50,221 nucleotides of DNA, taken from NCBI GenBank assembly GCA_037441285.1, contig JBBISL010000009.1, forward strand, positions 16,730 to 66,950, written 5' to 3'. Shown here in pieces: positions 44,187 to 50,221 of the stretch. Below the pieces are notes generated by a model. That model searched no databases. It had not been told where the DNA came from and worked only from the letters and a program-made list of their open reading frames with translations. The stretch is from a candidate division WOR-3 bacterium. GTDB taxonomy: Bacteria > Hydrothermota > Tepidihabitantia > Tepidihabitantales > Tepidihabitantaceae. The number at the start of each line of letters is the position of its first letter. Positions within the stretch are counted from its first letter, which is position 1. Both the position numbers and the translations under genes were made by a program.

Positions 44187-45348
44187 AAAGTTTTAAAAGT
44201 TTTTTTTCTTCATTGTGCCAGTTGTAGATTTTATTGACCGCAGCTCTGCCGTTTTTCCCCATCTTGCGCGCCTGGTCAGGCTGGGATTTCAGGGTTGCAA
44301 GTACTCGGGCTAACGATGTGGCGTCGCCCGGTGAAAATGTCAAACCGCAGGCGCACTCCTGAACAATGGCACGCAAGGGGGGGAAGTCAGGAACGACGAC
44401 GGGTAATCCGGCGCTCATAAACTCAAACATTTTGACCGGTAAGGCAAATTCGTAGCCGAGAACCGGTAAGGAGGGGACAACACCCACATCGCTCGCGGCG
44501 TACCACCTGAAGCAGTCAGGATGGGGCAGAGTGCCGAGATGTCGGACGCGGGGATATGCGGGATGGGCTTTGATTTTTGCCTCGTAGTCGGGAGAAACAA
44601 ATTTGCCGGCGAGGAGAAGTTCACAACCGGGCAGCTGGATGAGTGCGTCAAGGAGGAGCGTAATACCTCGTTCGGGTGTGAGGACGCGGGCGAGGTGGAC
44701 GATACGAAAGGGTCGAGCCGATGACGCATTACCTCCCTCCCGAGGTTCAGACTGAAAAACCGGGAGCGGTTCCGGATAGTTTTTTACCGTGACGATGCGG
44801 CGGGCGGAGGTGCGCAGGCGAGATGCAATTGTGTCGGTGGCGGTGATGACGGCATCAATGTGGCGAGCGACAAGTTTTTGGCAGGCGTCGAATAGTGAGG
44901 CAAGAGGTTGACGGCAGAGTTTGGGTAGGTAGGTCTTATCCAAAAGTTGGCGGTAGTAGTCTTCGTGGATGTCGCATACTACCCGGCGGTTGAGTGCTTT
45001 AAGGAGCAGGGCAAGTGGAAGTAGTTCCGGGTCGTGAAGATGGTAAAGGTTGGCTTTTGCTTTGAGCGCAAAGAGCAGCAGGCGGAGAGGGGTGAAGGTA
45101 AATCGAGTGAGTCGGGAGCAAGATGGAGGTAGGGTGTAGATGGTAAGAGGGGGATGGTGGGGCCGGAGCTGGGTAGCAGGATTGGGGGTGAAAGTTGGTT
45201 CGTAGCCGGGCAGGCGCGCTGAACCGTCTTTGATACCCGCAAGGAGTACCTGATAGCCAGCGCGGAGAAGGGTTCGGGCTTGCCGATGGAAAATTCTGGT
45301 GTCGGTTACCGGATGGCCCGAGGTCAAGATGCAGATACGGGTTGCCAT
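44170..45348 (-). CDS. Glycosyltransferase family 4
   Basis: HPVTDTRIF, HLHDPEL, DIHED, PVKMFEFMSAGLPVV; start placed at ATG 45348. Confidence 0.9.
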   Translation of the reverse strand: MATRICILTSGHPVTDTRIFHRQARTLLRAGYQVLLAGIKDGSARLPGYEPTFTPNPATQLRPHHPPLTIYTLPPSCSRLTRFTFTPLRLLLFALKAKANLYHLHDPELLPLALLLKALNRRVVCDIHEDYYRQLLDKTYLPKLCRQPLASLFDACQKLVARHIDAVITATDTIASRLRTSARRIVTVKNYPEPLPVFQSEPREGGNASSARPFRIVHLARVLTPERGITLLLDALIQLPGCELLLAGKFVSPDYEAKIKAHPAYPRVRHLGTLPHPDCFRWYAASDVGVVPSLPVLGYEFALPVKMFEFMSAGLPVVVPDFPPLRAIVQECACGLTFSPGDATSLARVLATLKSQPDQARKMGKNGRAAVNKIYNWHNEEKKLLKLYERII

Positions 45349-46628
45349 TTTAGTTCCCCTGTGGTTGTTTTTGGGGCTACGAGGACCGGTAGGGCAAGAC
45401 ACAAGCCCAGCGCGGTGAAGAGCAAACGGTTGTCGTTGAGGTCGCCTGAGAACAGGGCGTTGACGAGGAAGTAAACGGTCAGCGTGAAAATTAAGAGTGT
45501 CATCGGCCGGTTGCCGTGCGCAAGGCCGGTGATAAGATGACGAATTGGAATAATCAGGAGGAGTGTTATGAGGAGTAAACCGAGGACCCCCAGTTCTGCT
45601 GCTACTTCTAAAAACAGGTTGTGGGGATAGTCACCCCGCTCGCTTTCATATAAGTTGAACTCCTGGTCAAAACCGCCGATGCCGACACCGGTAAAGGGAT
45701 GTTCGCGGAACATCGCAATTGCCGCTTCGGCGCGAATGACGCGGGTGTGAGCGGTCTGGTCAATTGGTCCGGAAACGGTGTTGCGGATGCGTTTGTTCAT
45801 CGTCAAAGCGGCATCCGGGGCAAAGATGGAGGTGAGGACAATGATGGCGATAACGGTTGCGGCACCGGTGAGGATCAGGTTCCTGCCTTTTCGGAAGGAG
45901 AAGGCGATTAGACCGGCAGCACCAAGGGCGCAAAGCAAGGCGACCAATACCCCGCGCGAGCCCGAGTAAAAGACCCCGTAGCCGAGGATGATGTTGACAA
46001 TAAGCATAGCGATGCGGACGACAGTAGCTTTCAGGGTGCGCGGCTGGGAACGGAGGGTAAAGTAAAGGGCACCGAGAAAACCAAGGCCGATGGTTCTGCC
46101 GGTGGCGATGTGATTGGCACCAAACGCGGTTAATCCTTCGGATGTGGTTTGACCGAGCGCAACCATCAGGAGGGCAACGGCGATAAAGGTACCGAGGAGG
46201 CGCAAGAGGTTTTTCTCAGATTGGACGGTTACTATTGGGGCAAACAGGGCGAGGCCGGTCAGGGTCGCGAACCGAATTGTTTTTTCCAGACCGTAGGAGT
46301 TGTCGCTGTCGGCAAAGGCGGAGAGGGTCATTACAACAACGAGGCTGAAGAAGGTTAAAAGGAAGGGCGCAGCAGGAGTGCGGGGCAATGTGCCCGTACC
46401 ATCATTGGGTTCACGGACATTGCGCCAATATGCGGGAAACGAAAGCGCCGTTCCGGTAATGAGGATAATCGCCAGAATAATGGTGATATCCGGTGCGTGG
46501 GGAAACATCGCGGTGAACTGTGATTTGAAGATGCCGGAGAGAAGGAACAACGCCAGGGCGATTTCAGGATAGCGGAGGAGTAAACCGAGTGTAAACAAAG
46601 CGAGGATGATGAGAATGAGGGTGTTCAT
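45324..46628 (-). CDS. O-antigen ligase / Wzy polymerase family protein
   Basis: About 11 TM helices; SGSRG, HPFTGVGIG, YPHNLFLEVAAELG. Confidence 0.85.
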   Translation of the reverse strand: MNTLILIILALFTLGLLLRYPEIALALFLLSGIFKSQFTAMFPHAPDITIILAIILITGTALSFPAYWRNVREPNDGTGTLPRTPAAPFLLTFFSLVVVMTLSAFADSDNSYGLEKTIRFATLTGLALFAPIVTVQSEKNLLRLLGTFIAVALLMVALGQTTSEGLTAFGANHIATGRTIGLGFLGALYFTLRSQPRTLKATVVRIAMLIVNIILGYGVFYSGSRGVLVALLCALGAAGLIAFSFRKGRNLILTGAATVIAIIVLTSIFAPDAALTMNKRIRNTVSGPIDQTAHTRVIRAEAAIAMFREHPFTGVGIGGFDQEFNLYESERGDYPHNLFLEVAAELGVLGLLLITLLLIIPIRHLITGLAHGNRPMTLLIFTLTVYFLVNALFSGDLNDNRLLFTALGLCLALPVLVAPKTTTGELKWQPVSAS

Positions 46629-48046
46629 GGTGCTACTTTGGGCAAGTCGCGTCTTGCTTTGTTGGTGTTGTTCATTCCAGAGTTATTGTTTTTTAGTAAA
46701 GCGAACCAGAGATACCCCATATTGATTGTAAGACCAATGGTTGAGCCCAGCGCTAATCCGGGAATGCCAAGAGGTCGAACCAGAGCAAGGTCAAAAATCG
46801 CGGTGGCAGCGGCGCCAAGGAGTGCGGCGAGAACCGGTGTTCGGGTATCTTTTTTACCCCGGAAGTAGGCGGTAAGGATAGCGGAGGCGGTGAAAGGCAA
46901 TAGACCAAAACCGAGGATGGCAAGGGCGAGTGCGGTGGCTGAACCTGCTTCAGTGGTGAAGGCGCCATGTTCGTAAAGAAGCCGGACAAGCGGACGAGCA
47001 AAGAAGAAAAGAAGGATGCTGGCGGGGATGAGGATGATGGTCGATAATTTGAGGAGATATTCGGTTTCGCGCCGGAGACGCACGGTGTTACCGGTTGCGG
47101 CAAGTTCACTTGCCCGGGTAAAGAAAACCGTGCCGATTGATGCGGCGATGAGGTTGCAGGGAAAGGCAAATAGCCGGTCGGCATAACCGAGGATGGCGAT
47201 GCTGCCCGAGGGTAGAAAGGAGGAGAAGAGCCGACCGAGCGCGAGGTTGACCGGTCGGATGAAAAGGAAGGCAAGGAGGGGGGTGGCGAGATAAAGAAAT
47301 TCCCGAACCCCAGGGTCGCGGACGGTCCGGAAAAGGCGATGCCCGGTAAAGACCAGGGGTGCGAGCGTTACTGCCAGACCAACGAGATGGCCAGTACTCC
47401 AGCCGGCAGCGAGGGCAAATGTGCCACTTTTTTTTGCCCAGAAGATTATAAACAGGATTGCGACGGAATTGATAATCGGGTCGATGAGACGGGGAATGGC
47501 AAATTTACGTCGGGAGTTGTGATAGGCACCGGTCGCGGCGATAAGGATTAACGCTGCGGGCACAACCGCCATAAAACGGGTGATGGTCAGCGCCAGGGTG
47601 CGGGTTTGGGGGCTGATTTTCGGGGCAAAGATGGCGACAAGGAGCGGTGCTGCGAAAAGGGTGATGAGGAGGATGGCGATTGAAAAGAGAAAGCCGAGAG
47701 TCCAGAGCGATGCGAAGAGTTGACGGAAACTAACTTGATTTTTGCACATTTTGCGTTCGACAAGAAGGGGTAGAGCACAAACATCAAAGGTGCTGGAGAT
47801 AAAGCCGCCACCAACGGTGGTAATGGTTTCGCCGACGCGGTAGGCGTCAACAATTGGTGCAGTACCGAAGAGGTGAGCAAGAAGCAGTTCGCGCACAAAT
47901 CCCAGGACCTTTGAAAGGGCGGTTAGCAGAGTGACGGTAAGGGCGCGAGTGATGGTTGAGTGCGAAATGCCCAAAGTAGCGAGTGAAGTATCGGTAACGA
48001 TGTGCGGTAGAGAGTGTTCCGAGAGCGCAGGACGGGAAAATGCCAT
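46625..48046 (-). CDS. MurJ/MviN-like lipid-linked oligosaccharide flippase
   Basis: SKVLGFVRELLLAHLFG, DAY, YADRL, LYEHGAFT, DTRTP. Confidence 0.85.
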   Translation of the reverse strand: MAFSRPALSEHSLPHIVTDTSLATLGISHSTITRALTVTLLTALSKVLGFVRELLLAHLFGTAPIVDAYRVGETITTVGGGFISSTFDVCALPLLVERKMCKNQVSFRQLFASLWTLGFLFSIAILLITLFAAPLLVAIFAPKISPQTRTLALTITRFMAVVPAALILIAATGAYHNSRRKFAIPRLIDPIINSVAILFIIFWAKKSGTFALAAGWSTGHLVGLAVTLAPLVFTGHRLFRTVRDPGVREFLYLATPLLAFLFIRPVNLALGRLFSSFLPSGSIAILGYADRLFAFPCNLIAASIGTVFFTRASELAATGNTVRLRRETEYLLKLSTIILIPASILLFFFARPLVRLLYEHGAFTTEAGSATALALAILGFGLLPFTASAILTAYFRGKKDTRTPVLAALLGAAATAIFDLALVRPLGIPGLALGSTIGLTINMGYLWFALLKNNNSGMNNTNKARRDLPKVAP

Positions 48047-48049
48047 TGG

Positions 48050-49198
48050 TTAGACCGCTACCGTTTGGCGGTGGCTGAGGCACTCTTCAACACGCTGGAT
48101 GACAAACGCAATCTCTTCGCGTTCCAAAAGCGGTTCAATGGGCAGGGAGAGGACTTCACGCGCTGCCCTTTCCGCTTCTTTCAGGTCACCGGCGATGCGG
48201 CAGCGAGTGGCAAACAGGTTCATCTGATGCAGGGGAATGGGGTAATAGACCATCGTCGCAACTTTTGCCTCGTCAAGGTGCTGTTTCAATCGGTTCCGTT
48301 CCGGGTGGCGAATGGTGTACTGGTGAAAGACATGTTCGCCGTTTACCGGAAGCTGGGGAACGGTGAGCGCAGGAATCGTGCTGAGTGCGGCATTGTAGGC
48401 GGTGGCGATTTTGACCCGTCGGGCATTGAACTCTTCAAGTGCGGAAAAGCGGGCAAGCAGGATTGCAGCCTGCATGGTGTCAAGCCGGCTGTTGTAACCG
48501 AGATAGTCAACATTGTATTTGTCTTTGCCACCGTGGCGGCGCAGGATGTCAACGAACTCGGCGATGGTTTGGTCGTCGGTTGTTACGATACCACCGTCGC
48601 CAAATCCACCCAGATTTTTACTCGGGAAGAAACTGAAGGCAGCAGCGTCACCCCAGGCACCACATTTTTTGCCCTGATAAGAGGCACCGAACGCCTGGGC
48701 GACATCTTCAAGGATAAAGAGGTTGTTTTTTTGAGCGAGCGCTTTCAGGTGCTCCATCGGGCAAGCCTGACCGTAAAGGTGAACCGGGATGATGCCGACG
48801 GTGTTTTTTGTCAGCACCCTTTCGACCAGTGCGGGGTTGATGTTAAAAGTTAGCGGGTCGATGTCGACAAACACCGGTGTCGCACCAGCACGAAGGATGG
48901 CATCTGCGGTCGCGGCAAAGGTAAAAGGGGTGGTGATTACCTCAGCATCCGGGGTCCAGAAGTCATTGCCGGTGTGTTTGTATGCCAGGGCGCGAAGTGA
49001 AAGAACAAGGGCGTCGGTTCCAGAGGCGACACCGATGGCATAGCGGGTTCCAATATAGTTAGCAACTTTCTGCTCCAGTTCTCGAACCTCCGGACCCATA
49101 ATCCACTGCTGATGATTAAGCGCCGTTTCCAGCCGCTGGTCAATGGCAGCTTTGAGATAACGATACTGACGCTTCAGGTCAAGGATTGGTACTTCCAT
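48050..49198 (-). CDS. DegT-family aminotransferase (WbpE/WlbC-like)
   Basis: ASGTDAL, EDVAQAFGA, FSFFPSKNLGGFGDGG, NSRLDTMQAA; next to WbpD-like gene. Confidence 0.9.
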   Translation of the reverse strand: MEVPILDLKRQYRYLKAAIDQRLETALNHQQWIMGPEVRELEQKVANYIGTRYAIGVASGTDALVLSLRALAYKHTGNDFWTPDAEVITTPFTFAATADAILRAGATPVFVDIDPLTFNINPALVERVLTKNTVGIIPVHLYGQACPMEHLKALAQKNNLFILEDVAQAFGASYQGKKCGAWGDAAAFSFFPSKNLGGFGDGGIVTTDDQTIAEFVDILRRHGGKDKYNVDYLGYNSRLDTMQAAILLARFSALEEFNARRVKIATAYNAALSTIPALTVPQLPVNGEHVFHQYTIRHPERNRLKQHLDEAKVATMVYYPIPLHQMNLFATRCRIAGDLKEAERAAREVLSLPIEPLLEREEIAFVIQRVEECLSHRQTVAV

Positions 49199-50221
49199 TT
49201 ACTTCTCCTTTAGCGGTTTTAACCCGCCTGCATCATCGGGTTGATACTCATTGCCACAGTGCGGGCAGCGAGCACGGTGGTCATCGACCACCAGTTTGGT
49301 GCCACATTTGCACACCCAGCCAATAGGCCGCGCCGGAACACCGGCGACCAGGGCGTAATCAGGAACATCTCTGGTGACAACGGCGCCGGCACCGATGAGG
49401 GCGTAACGGCCAATGGTGTTACCGCATACAATCGTTGCGTTGGCACCAATCGAGGCGCCCTTTTTCACCAGCGTGGGTTTGAATTCGGCTTTGCGCTCAA
49501 TAAAGGCGCGCGGGTTGATGACATTGGTGAAGACACAGGAAGGACCACAAAACACCCCTTCTTCAAGGCAGACCCCTTTATAGAGTGATACATTGTTCTG
49601 AATTTTGCAGTTGGCACCGACGGTCACCCCTTCGGCAACAAATACATTCTGTCCGAATACGCAGTTTTTGCCGATGCGGGCGTTGGCGGAGATGTGAGTA
49701 AAGTGCCAGATTCTGGTGCCGGAGCCGATTGAGGCATCGGGGTCAACAATGGCAGTGGGATGAATGAAGGGTGCAGTTTCCGGCTCTTTCGCATCCTCGG
49801 ATAGAGTTGGCACGGCAAAGGCGGTTTCTTCTTCAAGGGGTGTTGATGAGGGGAAAGCGGTGCTGGGTTGGAGCTGGGCAACGGTCGCGGTAAGGACCGG
49901 CTTTCGCTCCTTGAGCGTAACCACCGTTTTGGGCGTGCTGCCGTTACGAATCTGGTGAAGGGATATTACCTTACCACCCTTTTGCAGCGACTGTTGCGCC
50001 GCGGTCAGGACCTCTAAGACCCGCAACCCTTCGTTGCCATCGGTGCGCGGCGGGATGCGGATGGCGATGCTTTCAAGAAAATGCTCGCACTCCAGACGCA
50101 GGGGCTCGTCGTGAGGAAGTTCAATAACGCTCTTTTCACCCTTCAGCGCAACTGGAATCCGGCCCTGATGCCAGCGGATGTCGTGCGGATAACAGGCAAG
50201 GGTGGGCTGGGAGTTGCCGTC
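49199..50221 (-). CDS. Gfo/Idh/MocA oxidoreductase - N-acetyltransferase fusion (WbpB-WbpD-like), 5' truncated by window edge
   Basis: Frame open to window end with [23 protein letters not shown] (oxidoreductase C-terminus), a linker, then [22 protein letters not shown] and a CKCG/CPHC zinc ribbon (WbpD). Confidence 0.88.
   Translation of the reverse strand, partial: DGNSQPTLACYPHDIRWHQGRIPVALKGEKSVIELPHDEPLRLECEHFLESIAIRIPPRTDGNEGLRVLEVLTAAQQSLQKGGKVISLHQIRNGSTPKTVVTLKERKPVLTATVAQLQPSTAFPSSTPLEEETAFAVPTLSEDAKEPETAPFIHPTAIVDPDASIGSGTRIWHFTHISANARIGKNCVFGQNVFVAEGVTVGANCKIQNNVSLYKGVCLEEGVFCGPSCVFTNVINPRAFIERKAEFKPTLVKKGASIGANATIVCGNTIGRYALIGAGAVVTRDVPDYALVAGVPARPIGWVCKCGTKLVVDDHRARCPHCGNEYQPDDAGGLKPLKEK

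Noticed and set aside
48014..48853. 279-aa + strand ORF
   Set aside because: Antisense shadow of the DegT aminotransferase
1..50221. Prophage, integron, IS element or defence island
   Set aside because: No integrase, transposase, phage structural, RM, toxin-antitoxin or cas genes recognised; content is housekeeping plus one glycan locus

Overview
A 50 kb chromosomal window from a bacterium. A WOR-3/FCB-like lineage is plausible but inferred only (T9SS-style C-terminal domain, gene content). The + strand is G-rich throughout. Positions 1-34.3 kb hold mostly + strand housekeeping genes: GH130, PrsW, GT4 plus an ABC-2 exporter, pdxA, asnA, an HI0933 flavoprotein, an M23 peptidase, EndoQ, HIT, HAD, acpS, topA, cvpA, tal/tkt, two aminotransferases, lysC, scpB, plsC, holA, leuS and guaA. 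Positions 34.6-50.2 kb run on the - strand: a GNAT, two paralogous lipoproteins and a Wzc-type polysaccharide cluster with a WbpB/D/E-like pathway. I saw no rRNA, tRNA, CRISPR array or transposase. The most novel-looking signals are (1) three intergenic structured RNA candidates, each directly behind its own sigma70 promoter, two of which lie 18 kb apart and share a CGGUCAAC-loop-AAUUGCCG hairpin at about +35; (2) a lipoprotein pair resembling circularly permuted thioester (TED/TQXA) domains; (3) widespread leaderless-type promoters; (4) a REP-like palindrome family with one apparent in-frame insertion; (5) a CTG start for guaA, a TMSSS variant of the LeuRS KMSKS motif, and basic histone-like tails on AsnA and transketolase. 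All calls come from reading the sequence by eye; no searches were run.
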